A DNA stretch of 64,000 bases from Candidatus Melainabacteria bacterium 17Bon1m (lineage in GTDB: Bacteria; Cyanobacteriota; Vampirovibrionia; Obscuribacterales; Obscuribacteraceae). The notes under the pieces were generated by a model, which had not been told where the DNA came from, did no database searches, and saw only the letters and a list, made by a program, of their open reading frames with translations. Positions 27,805 to 37,153 of the stretch are shown one piece after another (within the stretch, counting starts at the first letter, position 1; every line of letters begins with the position of its first letter). The stretch spans positions 160,001 through 224,000 of the forward strand of contig JAVLKG010000004.1 in the NCBI GenBank assembly GCA_032128875.1, read 5' to 3'. A program made the translations under genes and the position numbers.

Positions 27805-28722
27805 TTAAAAGGTTTTTCCAAACATGGAAAACATTGATGGCACAGTCCCCAGTGCGACGTATGTGACTAACGTCCAGACTCCGGAGAAACTCTCGAACGG
27901 CTTACCGCTCGAAGAATGTTTTACAAACTTGATAGCAATTGCAACGGCGCCAGTTGCAAGAAATAAGACGAGCGCGATGATCGGCACTGCAAACCCGAGT
28001 TTTGCAGCAGTAGCTATCGCCAAACAGCCAGATGCCGCGATTGCCGCAAGCCATGCAAAGACAGCCGGTCTGCTTCCCCAGGCTGAAGTGTAGCTTGTCA
28101 CTCCGTCTTTTTCTTCATCAGAAGATTTGATCTTGCGCCCGATTTCGATGATCACTCCATTGCAAAAACTTACAGCGAGAAACAGCCACAATCCCGATGG
28201 TGGCAATGCGGTGCCTTTCATCCAATCGAAAGCGGTAACGAAAATGTCTACGAAAAGCAAAATCAGCATGTGCGTCCATAAGTAGGTGAATGGACGTTGC
28301 TTCAGCCAGTCGCCAACGAAAAACTCCACGCTCATTAGCGCGAAGTACAGCCATGTGAGGGCTAGAGGGAGAAGCAGGCTTTGCTGGTAGGAAAACGCGA
28401 GGGACAATTGAATTGCGCCACCGAGTGCGCCAAGCATCGCCAGCTCTTTCAGTTTGACCAAGCCGCGGGGAACCGGCCGCTCCGGCTGGTACCGGCAGTC
28501 TTCTTCGTGGTCTTTAAACTCATCGGCAACACGAAGCTGGAAGAAAAGGATTAGGGAGCAGAGATACGCTGCCAGAAAGGCTTGAATGTCCGGCATTCCT
28601 GCTTCGCCGCGCATCATTCGAGAAACACAGAGCGCCGAATAGGAGAATGCTGCCACTATGGCGCCGTATTGGGAGAGCGGGAAGCGCTCTCTTTGATAGA
28701 CGAACCAACGGTTTAGTTTCAT
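27805..28722 (-). CDS. UbiA-family prenyltransferase-like membrane protein
   Basis: RVADEFKDHEED....PERPVPRG Asp-rich motif; multiple TM helices. Confidence 0.85.
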   Translation of the reverse strand: MKLNRWFVYQRERFPLSQYGAIVAAFSYSALCVSRMMRGEAGMPDIQAFLAAYLCSLILFFQLRVADEFKDHEEDCRYQPERPVPRGLVKLKELAMLGALGGAIQLSLAFSYQQSLLLPLALTWLYFALMSVEFFVGDWLKQRPFTYLWTHMLILLFVDIFVTAFDWMKGTALPPSGLWLFLAVSFCNGVIIEIGRKIKSSDEEKDGVTSYTSAWGSRPAVFAWLAAIAASGCLAIATAAKLGFAVPIIALVLFLATGAVAIAIKFVKHSSSGKPFESFSGVWTLVTYVALGTVPSMFSMFGKTF

Positions 28723-28732
28723 TTTTCTGCGC

Positions 28733-28853
28733 CCTAGAGCTGAGTGTGCGGAAGCTAGCGGTCGATCCGCTAGGACTCCACCGCTGTGCCTACAGACTCA
28801 TTCTAGGTCGGCATGTTTCCGAAAGTCGGCTGTATGCGATCAGTTTGCCGACT
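28733..28853 (-). promoter_or_regulatory. Structured 5' leader of the UbiA-dikinase-BtaA operon (candidate cis-regulatory RNA)
   Basis: Nested complementary segments CCTAGA/TCTAGG, TGAGT/ACTCA and CTAGCGG/CCGCTAG, plus alternative GTCGGC/GCCGAC pairings. Confidence 0.45.
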
Positions 28854-28876
28854 GTTTTGCTCCTCTGTCTGACACA

Positions 28877-30106
28877 TCAGAAGGGATACACATATCCTTT
28901 TTCGTATCCGTGATAGGACAAATTCGGATCTCGAGTCAGAAAGTTGATTGCCTGGCTTTGCTTTGGGTTCGATTCATTTTTTATGGACAGCGTTCGAATA
29001 TATTCGCCTGTGGCTGTTCTCAACTTACCTGATGGGGTAGAGATTGCTGCGCTGTAGCCTTCCTTCTTAAGAGCCGAATTCAAAGTTTCTGTAAATGTCT
29101 TCGAAAGACCGACGTATTCATCTTGCAATGCACTCTTTATAAAAGTGTCTACCAATTCGCCACTCTCTTTCTTATTCAATGCAACTGATTTTGCAATCAA
29201 AGAACTTACACACCCTTCCATCTCTTTGCGAAGGTCGGCTTTTGATATGGTCGAAACATCTCCAGTCTGCATAGCCAATTTGCCAAAATTGAATTGCAGA
29301 AAGTATTTTGTGTACTTGTGTTCTTGTGTGCTGCTTTGATATTTCGTCATATCGCTCAGTGATATCTCACCCTTCTTCAAAAGAAGTGGATCATTCATGA
29401 GGTGTTGCAATGCTCTTAGCTCAGACATGCTTTTCTGTAGGGAAGGATCACATGATTTATATGGGTTGAGTCCTTCGATAATAGTGCTGCCACCCTCAAC
29501 GGATTTACCTGCGAACAATGAATGCTGCGCATGACTGGTTTTAACAGAGATAAATCTGTCTACTACTACTGAATTCCCCTCTCCTAATGTGAAAACCGTC
29601 GCTGGGATTTGTTCCATCAGGTAATTGAAGGCTGACGCTTTATCGATTCTGACTTGCTTACCGCTGCCTGCAAGAGCTGTATTGAATTGGTTTTGCAAAT
29701 CACTTCTTGAACTCGAAGCGTCAATCAATCGCGTGATTCCGCTGCGTATTTCAAAATTGAGCGGCGCGTTGCTGGGGGCAGATTCTATTGCCGCCGTCAG
29801 ATTAACCAAAATTGCGCGATCTATGTCAGGTTTTGAAATCGAACCAGCGCCTCCCGAAACTTGCCCGAAGTTTTTAAGCAAGTACAATTCTGGACTTCCA
29901 GGGCGCTGAGAGTTTGTGTCTTGCATTCCACTTCTTAGTTCGTCTCGAGTGAGTCGCGAATCACCACTCTTATCAATCCTTTTGAAATCGCTCTTCGCCT
30001 CAAACAATGCATCCAATACCATGTTAGAGCGTGCCTGCGACTCTTCGTCATCTACTTCCGGCGACGTCTTATCAGCACGTGCTTCTTCGATTGCATCTTT
30101 TGCCAT
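28877..30106 (-). CDS. Hypothetical protein with EF-hand-like motifs and internal duplication
   Basis: DFKRIDKSGDSRLTRDEL EF-hand; repeated NFG.....IS..D modules. Confidence 0.7.
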   Translation of the reverse strand: MAKDAIEEARADKTSPEVDDEESQARSNMVLDALFEAKSDFKRIDKSGDSRLTRDELRSGMQDTNSQRPGSPELYLLKNFGQVSGGAGSISKPDIDRAILVNLTAAIESAPSNAPLNFEIRSGITRLIDASSSRSDLQNQFNTALAGSGKQVRIDKASAFNYLMEQIPATVFTLGEGNSVVVDRFISVKTSHAQHSLFAGKSVEGGSTIIEGLNPYKSCDPSLQKSMSELRALQHLMNDPLLLKKGEISLSDMTKYQSSTQEHKYTKYFLQFNFGKLAMQTGDVSTISKADLRKEMEGCVSSLIAKSVALNKKESGELVDTFIKSALQDEYVGLSKTFTETLNSALKKEGYSAAISTPSGKLRTATGEYIRTLSIKNESNPKQSQAINFLTRDPNLSYHGYEKGYVYPF

Positions 30107-30307
30107 TTCAAAACCTCAAATAAATTCGGCGTTAGCAGACCCTACTTTCTATCGGTTTGCAAAGCTGCAGCAGCTCGGGCTTTGGGGTGCGCCTTGCTCT
30201 GTTGTGGCTCATACTAGCCGTCCAATGTTGCCGCAAAGTTGCCAAATCGTTGTTGATTTGTTGCCGGTTGCTTTTGCGACGCGTCCGATTATCCGCTGGC
30301 TTCGATG

Positions 30308-31555
30308 CTACCGCCTAATGAACCGGATCACTCTCTGGTCATTGTCGACGGTGTACTCGTATCCTTCATATAGGTCTTGTCCGACTAGCGGACGCCCTAG
30401 AGAGCCGTAGTTTGCGGTCACATCGCAGTTGTATTTCTCGATTGGCCCGAGCTTCACTCGATTGACTTTGAATCGCAATCCGCTGCCGCTGCCCGTTACT
30501 CCAGAGTGGGTGACAGCTTCACCATCTTCGGTCGAGAGGTTGAGCGCTTTGACGTCATTCATTCCCATGCTGATGGCCGAAGCGGAGTTGCCTGTGTCGA
30601 AGTACATTGGGTAGGACCGCCCATTTACTTCAACATTGACGACCATCTTTGGACCTTCCCATGAGAAAGGTACGGCATAGCCTCCGCGTGCCGCGCCCGA
30701 TCCGCCGGAGCCTTTCTTCTTAAGCCTGATGGCGCCGGCATTTCTGTCAATTGAATATTCGAAGTCTTGGATGAAAGATTGCCCGAGAAGCGGCGGCGCT
30801 GCATTGTATGCGAGCACTTTGATGGGGAAGTTTTGCCGCAGTATGGTCCCGACTTTGACGTCTGCCGGCATCATCCAGTAGGACTGAAGGCTGGCATTGG
30901 ACGAGCCACCGGACTGACCAGTTGGTTCTCCTTCCGGTAGTCTGATGCCCATCTCTTGTAGCTGATTTTTACCGACAACAATTCCTGTTGCGCCAGTGTC
31001 GAAGGTCATTTTGAGTGGGCGATTATTGATGTATACATCAACTTTCAACTGCGCATCCCCCTTTTCGAAGAATATTGTTGCTTGTTCGGGAAGGTTTGAG
31101 CTGGAAGAGCTCCTTACGGCAGAGGCGCTGCTGCCGCCAGAGTATGTTCTCACCGAACTCTGGGCGTTTGTGCCGGAACTTGCCGTGGCTGGTTTTGGAT
31201 ACCACTGCGCGTCGGTGGTTCCGGGATTGAGGCGCATGCCGCCGACTACCTGTGCGGAGCGCGTTGCCGCAGCGGTGCCGGGAAACTTCTTAAGGATAAG
31301 CTGGTAATTGACGAGGGCGTCGGCTGTCTTCCCTTGATAGTGTTGGCTCACCGCCAAGTAGTACAAAGCGTTCGCGTTCGTGGGCTCGTTGGTGACGGCT
31401 TTCTTGAGCAATTTGGAAGCTTCATCAAAACGTTTTTCACCAAGAAGCTTCACGCCTTGCTTGAAGTCTTCGCCAGCCATGGCGGGCGACCAGGAAAGTC
31501 CCAGAAAGGAGACCAACACAAGGATAACCAAGAGTTTCGTCTGTTGCTGTTGCAT
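30308..31555 (-). CDS. Secreted TPR + tandem retropepsin-like aspartyl protease
   Basis: Signal peptide, TPR, FDTGA...LLGQ and FDTGN...LVGQ. Confidence 0.87.
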   Translation of the reverse strand: MQQQQTKLLVILVLVSFLGLSWSPAMAGEDFKQGVKLLGEKRFDEASKLLKKAVTNEPTNANALYYLAVSQHYQGKTADALVNYQLILKKFPGTAAATRSAQVVGGMRLNPGTTDAQWYPKPATASSGTNAQSSVRTYSGGSSASAVRSSSSSNLPEQATIFFEKGDAQLKVDVYINNRPLKMTFDTGATGIVVGKNQLQEMGIRLPEGEPTGQSGGSSNASLQSYWMMPADVKVGTILRQNFPIKVLAYNAAPPLLGQSFIQDFEYSIDRNAGAIRLKKKGSGGSGAARGGYAVPFSWEGPKMVVNVEVNGRSYPMYFDTGNSASAISMGMNDVKALNLSTEDGEAVTHSGVTGSGSGLRFKVNRVKLGPIEKYNCDVTANYGSLGRPLVGQDLYEGYEYTVDNDQRVIRFIRR

Positions 31556-31685
31556 CTGGAAGCACTCCCAAACTGACAAGCTGAAAGAGGGTTTTCCTCA
31601 TCCTCTCTCAGTGTTTTTTACCCGTTTGGGTAAGTAGTCCAATTCGGAAATCAACTGGTTCGAACTGCCAGCCTTTATCAGATTT

Positions 31686-32990
31686 CTAGACCGTCCACTC
31701 TTCTTTGCGCTCGGGCGGATTCAAACGTTTTATCGACAATAAAAATCCGATTGATGACATGTCGACCAACAGCGCTGTTCCTCCATAGCTAAGGAAAGGC
31801 AATGGCACACCCGCTACCGGCATAATCCCAATGACCATGCCGATGTTGAGGAAAACGTGGAAAAGGAACATGCACATAAGCCCAAGTGCCATTAGGCTGC
31901 CCGCGGGTTCTCCTCGGGCTTGATGGGCGATCATAAGAGCACGGATGCAGATGCAGGCGTAAGCAATGACCACAAGAGCGGTGAACTTAAATCCCCACTC
32001 TTCACCAACTACCGCGAAAATAAAGTCTGTATGCCTTTCAGGGATAAACGCACCCTGGCTTTGATTGCCCTTCCCAAGCCCAGCGCCTTCCGGTCCCCCG
32101 GAGCCAATGGCGATAAGACTCTGCAGGATGTGATATCCAGAACCGCGCGGGTCGTCGTAAGGATTGACGAAACTGGTGAGGCGCTTCTGTTGATACTCTT
32201 TCAAAAGTCCCCACATATGAGGGCGCATCTCGCCGGCTGCATAGTTGCCGCCGCAGATGATCAACACCATGAGCAAGCGAATCCAGAAATTCCAATTGGA
32301 TGTTCGCCAGAAAAGTAAAAGAACGACTCCGAGGACGCCTATGAAATAAAGCCACCACTGCGGGTTGACGGCGTTGAGAATCAAACTGATGAGAGGGGAC
32401 GTCAGCGCCAATACATCACATATGGTGGCACCAGCCCAGAAGGTCATTCCGAAGAAAACCGCGCCGAATGTGAGTGAAGTACCAAGGTCAGGCTGTTTGA
32501 AAACCAGCACGGCCGGCGGAAGAATGATGGCGAGAACTTTGAAGATGTCGAAGAAAGAACGTATAGGGCGAGTGCTCATCCAGGCGGAGAGCGTGAAAAT
32601 GACGACAAGTTTGGCGATTTCTGACGGCTGCAAGGTAATAGGGCCTAAAGCCAACCAGCGTTGCGCACCTTGTGCGGAGTGACCTTTGATCATAACCGCG
32701 ACAAGAAGGACCAAATTGACGACGTACATGATAGGTACGGTCCATTTGTTGGTCAGCAGCTTGTACGGCATGCGGCTGAAGGTAATGAGCAGGGCCAGAC
32801 CCACCCAGGCGAATTCGAGTTGCTTCTGGTAATAACCGGCCGTGTGCACTGAATACTTGAGTGTGCTCAGTCCGATGAAAATCAAAAAGAACGTGCACGC
32901 CAGAATAATCCAGTCGATTCCAGTCACGAAGCCGAAAATCTGCTTGAGCGCTACATTTATTGGTAGAGGTCTGGACAGAGGTGAATTCAC
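31686..32990 (-). CDS. rodA: SEDS peptidoglycan polymerase RodA
   Basis: GAQRW, QPSEIAK, QPDLGT, GYHILQS.IAIGSGG, PERHTDFIF and PFLSYGG motifs. Confidence 0.93.
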   Translation of the reverse strand: MNSPLSRPLPINVALKQIFGFVTGIDWIILACTFFLIFIGLSTLKYSVHTAGYYQKQLEFAWVGLALLITFSRMPYKLLTNKWTVPIMYVVNLVLLVAVMIKGHSAQGAQRWLALGPITLQPSEIAKLVVIFTLSAWMSTRPIRSFFDIFKVLAIILPPAVLVFKQPDLGTSLTFGAVFFGMTFWAGATICDVLALTSPLISLILNAVNPQWWLYFIGVLGVVLLLFWRTSNWNFWIRLLMVLIICGGNYAAGEMRPHMWGLLKEYQQKRLTSFVNPYDDPRGSGYHILQSLIAIGSGGPEGAGLGKGNQSQGAFIPERHTDFIFAVVGEEWGFKFTALVVIAYACICIRALMIAHQARGEPAGSLMALGLMCMFLFHVFLNIGMVIGIMPVAGVPLPFLSYGGTALLVDMSSIGFLLSIKRLNPPERKEEWTV

Positions 32991-33073
32991 TGGCTTCCTT
33001 CAAATTGGACCGTAGATAGGAATGGGCAATTGGTGCCGCGCCTATAATTATGGCAGCCGGAGCCGAAAATTAG

Positions 33074-33110
33074 AAAAAGAGACGGAGAAACTGCTGCTTC
33101 TCCGCCTCTT
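33074..33110 (-). terminator. Intrinsic terminator after minCDE
   Basis: Minus strand AAGAGGCGGAGAA-loop-TTCTCCGTCTCTTTTT. Confidence 0.7.
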
Positions 33111-33250
33111 GAATTTGAATTGACGATTTCTGACTGTCTTGCTTGACATCGCTCGATTGTGAAATTCGATGATGTTCAGCGCTCGCAGACCGGGTAATGA
33201 GGGCATTACCCCTTTTAGTCGAACGTCGGGTATCCGTTCTTTTCAGACTC

Positions 33251-33511
33251 TTAGCACTTCGAGCGGACCAGGCGGAAATTGGCAATCAATGCCGCCTTGC
33301 GATCCATTTGCTGAAGATCGAATCTGGTAGTGTCCGGTTCTAAATCGAAATACCGGGCGACTACAGCCGTCAATTCTTCTTCCAGAACTTCCAATTTGCC
33401 TGCAGGCAGCTCCAGACGGTCATGCACGAGCATATTGCGCATGCGATCTTTTGCGGTCACTGCGGCTGTTCCGTTTGGAACCTTAAATAGCCAATCTATA
33501 AGTTGTTGCAT
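33251..33511 (-). CDS. minE: Cell division topological specificity factor MinE
   Basis: AKDR..MLVHDR, V.RY and ALIAN motifs; follows minD. Confidence 0.92.
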   Translation of the reverse strand: MQQLIDWLFKVPNGTAAVTAKDRMRNMLVHDRLELPAGKLEVLEEELTAVVARYFDLEPDTTRFDLQQMDRKAALIANFRLVRSKC

Positions 33512-33528
33512 TTAATGGGTTCCTCCAA

Positions 33529-34338
33529 CTACACGCGAACCGGATTGAAGAAGTTGACGATCTTGGTGACCCAAGTATCGTTCTTCGCGTCCAGGTCCAT
33601 GAAGGGAACCTCTTCACCGCGCAAGCGGCGAGCAATATTGCGGAATGCCAGACCTGAGCGGGTGTTGTCCGTTCCGGAGACCGGTTCGCCCTTATTGGTG
33701 GAGATGATGATGTCCTCGTCTTCTGGCACTACTCCCAAAAGCTTGATCGAAAGGATTTCGAGTACATCGTCAACGCCCATCATGTCGGCATTTGCGACCA
33801 TCTTCGGTCTGAGGCGGTTGAGCACCAGACGATATTGTGTGATTTCGTCTTTGCGAGCTTCCAGAAGACCGATGATGCGATCAGCGTCGCGAACGGCGGA
33901 CATTTCAGGAGTCGTGATGACGATTGCTTCCTCGGCGCCGGCGATGGCGTTTTGGAATCCGCTTTCGATACCTGCAGGACTATCGATGAGGACGAAGTCA
34001 AACATGGACTTCAACTCTTCGCAGAGCTTCTTCATCTGGTCTGCATCGACTGCGGTTTTGTCGCGTGTTTGAGCAGCGGGCAAGAGGTTCAAATTAGGCA
34101 TGCGTTTGTCTTTGACGAGCGCTTGCCGTAACTTGCAGCGTTCTTCGACAACGTCTACCAAATTGTAGACAACGCGATTTTCCAACCCCATCAAAATGTC
34201 GAGGTTGCGCAATCCGATGTCCATATCGACTAGGCAGACACTCGCGCCTGTATTTGCGAGTGCGACGCCTATGTTTGCCGACGCGGTTGTTTTACCGACG
34301 CCGCCTTTTCCTGACGTTATTACTATTACTCGACCCAT
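33529..34338 (-). CDS. minD: Septum site-determining ATPase MinD
   Basis: SGKGGVGKTT, DIGLRNLD, DSPAGIE and SAVRDADRIIG motifs; C-terminal amphipathic helix. Confidence 0.97.
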   Translation of the reverse strand: MGRVIVITSGKGGVGKTTASANIGVALANTGASVCLVDMDIGLRNLDILMGLENRVVYNLVDVVEERCKLRQALVKDKRMPNLNLLPAAQTRDKTAVDADQMKKLCEELKSMFDFVLIDSPAGIESGFQNAIAGAEEAIVITTPEMSAVRDADRIIGLLEARKDEITQYRLVLNRLRPKMVANADMMGVDDVLEILSIKLLGVVPEDEDIIISTNKGEPVSGTDNTRSGLAFRNIARRLRGEEVPFMDLDAKNDTWVTKIVNFFNPVRV

Positions 34339-34404
34339 TATGTTTACCCGTTTCGCTTGCAGTTACTCAGTTAATTAGTTGAGGGATTACCTGGAAAAAA
34401 CTTT

Positions 34405-35397
34405 TCAAAATTGGGGATTGAATTTGAATACTTTGATCTTTCCGTCAACCACACGAGCCGTTTCCGGCCCGTGGTGATTGTCGTAGTGCAGCCGATTCTT
34501 GTCGGGTGAGCGAGCAAAGGACTCGCCGATGCGAATTTGAATCGGTTGCAATCGCAGTGCACGAATTTCGGCATCGTTGTTGCCACTACATCCGGCACGT
34601 GCAATACCTCTGAGTGCACCCCATACGGTGATGTCACCTTCCGCCACCACTTCGGCGCCGGGGTTGACGTCTCCGATAATCACCAGGTGTCCTGTGTGAC
34701 TAACACTCTGTCCTGAACGCAGCGTCTGTCTCAAGTACATAACGCCGGCGTGGACGGGGCCTTCAACTTTCTCTTTGGCTTTGGCAGCCTTCGAGGGTTT
34801 TTCAGTTTTTTCAGTCTTCTCAGTTTCGGAATTCGGCGTGAAGTCTACTTGCGCTTCAGGACCATCAGCTCGAGCTTGGTCTTGAGCGACCTGATCGCCT
34901 TGCTCCATTTGCTCGACTTCTTCAGTGATCAACTGATTTTCGCTGGGCTCGTAGAAAACGGTGACTGTCGAGTTCTCATCAATTGAATCAATGTTCACAG
35001 ACTCGTCAACCCAATCTTCGTCGGTCGGATTTTCCGGAACCTTGATTGTCATCGCGGGCAGTGTCATTGGTTTGCCATCGCCCAAAACGACTCCATGCTC
35101 CAAAAGCGCACCACGAGTGAGTGGTTGTTGCGCAAAAACTTGGTACGGATATACGCCGACACCCTTAGCGAGCGCGAGTATATGCGCAACTTGAGTGGAC
35201 GTAAGCTCTAGCTCTCCAAGATTAAGCGCCACATTGACGCCCTTCCAGAATTGACTGGATACCTGCAGAGTAGACGAAAGATGGCTTACTGCTTCTTGCA
35301 TGGAAGCGCAGCCGCCCACATCTATGAGTACGCCTTGGTCCGGTTGACTGATGATAGCTATTTTAGACATGGGAGGTCTCACCGCGTCCTGAATCAT
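34405..35397 (-). CDS. minC: Septum site-determining protein MinC with a long acidic linker
   Basis: TLRSGQ, GDVNPGAEV.A.G and WGALRG motifs. Confidence 0.93.
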   Translation of the reverse strand: MIQDAVRPPMSKIAIISQPDQGVLIDVGGCASMQEAVSHLSSTLQVSSQFWKGVNVALNLGELELTSTQVAHILALAKGVGVYPYQVFAQQPLTRGALLEHGVVLGDGKPMTLPAMTIKVPENPTDEDWVDESVNIDSIDENSTVTVFYEPSENQLITEEVEQMEQGDQVAQDQARADGPEAQVDFTPNSETEKTEKTEKPSKAAKAKEKVEGPVHAGVMYLRQTLRSGQSVSHTGHLVIIGDVNPGAEVVAEGDITVWGALRGIARAGCSGNNDAEIRALRLQPIQIRIGESFARSPDKNRLHYDNHHGPETARVVDGKIKVFKFNPQF

Positions 35398-35616
35398 TGT
35401 TATAGTCGGCGAATCGGTATTGATTTGATTCGTTTACAAATCGTATGAGCTGGAAACCCGCACGTCAAGCCAGTTGAGATACTGAGTGGATATACATTAG
35501 TCGATTTATTCGATGACAGAAGAGTAAGGAATTGGCTATATCCGCGGCCATCGCGTATTTCGTAAAAGATAAGAGAGTTTTGATAAACACAATATTTTCC
35601 GAGGATCCTGATCGAT

Positions 35617-37092
35617 ATGTCTCAAATGTCCTCTGAGCAAAACCCTCAGCCTGTGCACTTTACGAGGGCAATGGGTCTTCTTGACTCAACTGCGGTTGTA
35701 GTTGGCTCAATGATCGGATCCGGCATATTCATCGTATCTGCGGAAGCATCCCGTCACCTGGGGTCACCCGGTTGGGTGCTTCTCGCCTGGCTTTTGGCGG
35801 GCGTTCTCACTGTTGTAGGTGCAGTGTGCTACTCGGAGCTATCTGCTATGCATCCACAAGCAGGTGGACAGTATGTCTTCTTGCGCGAGTCGTTTGGTAA
35901 AGCAGCCGCATTCTTATATGGATGGACACTTTTCATGGTCATCCAGACCGGCACCATCGCAGCAGTCGGTGTCGCCTTTGCTAAATTCCTCGGCGTCTTT
36001 GTGCCTGTTGTATCCAAGCAAACCGTGTTTTTCTCAATTGGCGACTATTCGTTTACCGCACTACAACTGGTATCAATTCTGGTGGTCGCTCTCTTGACTG
36101 CAATCAATTGTCGAGGGATTACTGCGGCAAAGTTTATCCAGACAACCTTCACCGTCACTAAAGTGGCCGCGATTGGCTTGCTGATAATTCTTGGGCTTTC
36201 CAGTTTTGGCAAGTTCAATGGTCTCCAGGCGAATTTTTCTTCTTTCTCGGCTTTCTTCTCTCCTTGCGATTTGAAGGGAGACGCTATTGAAGGATTACAA
36301 CTATTGGCGGTTCTTTCACTCGCCATGGTCGGTCCTCTGTTTTCCAGTGACGCGTGGAACAACCTCACTTTCGCTGGCGAGGAAGTGAAGGAACCCACAA
36401 AAACTCTGCCGCGCAGTTTGATGTTGGGCACGGCTCTTGTATCGCTGCTCTATTTGATGACAAACGTTGTCTACATGCTATTGATTCCCTTAAAAGGAAC
36501 AGAAGGAGGCGCGGATGTCATTGCACGCGGTATTCAATTTGCCGCAGAAGATCGTGTCGGTACTGCCGCTGCGGAAATTATCTTCGGTTCGGCCGGTGTC
36601 TACATCATGGCTGCCGCCATCATGGTTTCGACCTTTGGTGCATTGAACGGAATCATTCTGGCTGGTCCGCGTGCATATTACGCCATGGCTCGCGATGGAT
36701 TGTTCTTCAAGAAATGTGGCGAACTGAATGCAACGACGCATGTCCCTACGTTTGGTTTGATCATGCAGGGCGTCTGGTCTTGTTTGCTTTGCCTTTCTGG
36801 TCAGTACAGTAGATTGCTCGAATACGTCATCTTCGCAGCGCTGCTCTTTTACGTTTTGACCGTAGCAGGGCTTTTTGTGATGCGAAAGAAATACCCTAAT
36901 GCTGAGCGTCCCTATAAGGTACCGCTCTACCCGTTTCTTCCAGCACTATATGTGGTGCTGGCCTCCGGCGTTATGATCGGGCAAATTTATCTTTCGCCGC
37001 AGTACAGCGGAGCCGGTCTGCTTATCATTCTTTCCGGTCTACCTGCTTACTTCATTTGGAACCGCAATGCGGCTAAAAATAGCGCAGAGTGA
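35617..37092 (+). CDS. APC-family amino acid permease (LAT-like)
   Basis: GSMIGSGIF, AGGQYVFL, AWNN...GEEV and ERPYKVP motifs; about 12 TM helices. Confidence 0.93.
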   Translation: MSQMSSEQNPQPVHFTRAMGLLDSTAVVVGSMIGSGIFIVSAEASRHLGSPGWVLLAWLLAGVLTVVGAVCYSELSAMHPQAGGQYVFLRESFGKAAAFLYGWTLFMVIQTGTIAAVGVAFAKFLGVFVPVVSKQTVFFSIGDYSFTALQLVSILVVALLTAINCRGITAAKFIQTTFTVTKVAAIGLLIILGLSSFGKFNGLQANFSSFSAFFSPCDLKGDAIEGLQLLAVLSLAMVGPLFSSDAWNNLTFAGEEVKEPTKTLPRSLMLGTALVSLLYLMTNVVYMLLIPLKGTEGGADVIARGIQFAAEDRVGTAAAEIIFGSAGVYIMAAAIMVSTFGALNGIILAGPRAYYAMARDGLFFKKCGELNATTHVPTFGLIMQGVWSCLLCLSGQYSRLLEYVIFAALLFYVLTVAGLFVMRKKYPNAERPYKVPLYPFLPALYVVLASGVMIGQIYLSPQYSGAGLLIILSGLPAYFIWNRNAAKNSAE

Positions 37093-37153
37093 GTTTAGGG
37101 AAAAATCCGTACTTTACAGATATGAAAGGCGCGGAAGCCCTTCTTGTTTTGCA

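Noticed and set aside
28831-28853. GGCAAAC on the minus strand resembling a c-di-GMP-I riboswitch
   Set aside because: It lacks the GNRA loop and the downstream GACGCAAA/P3 elements.
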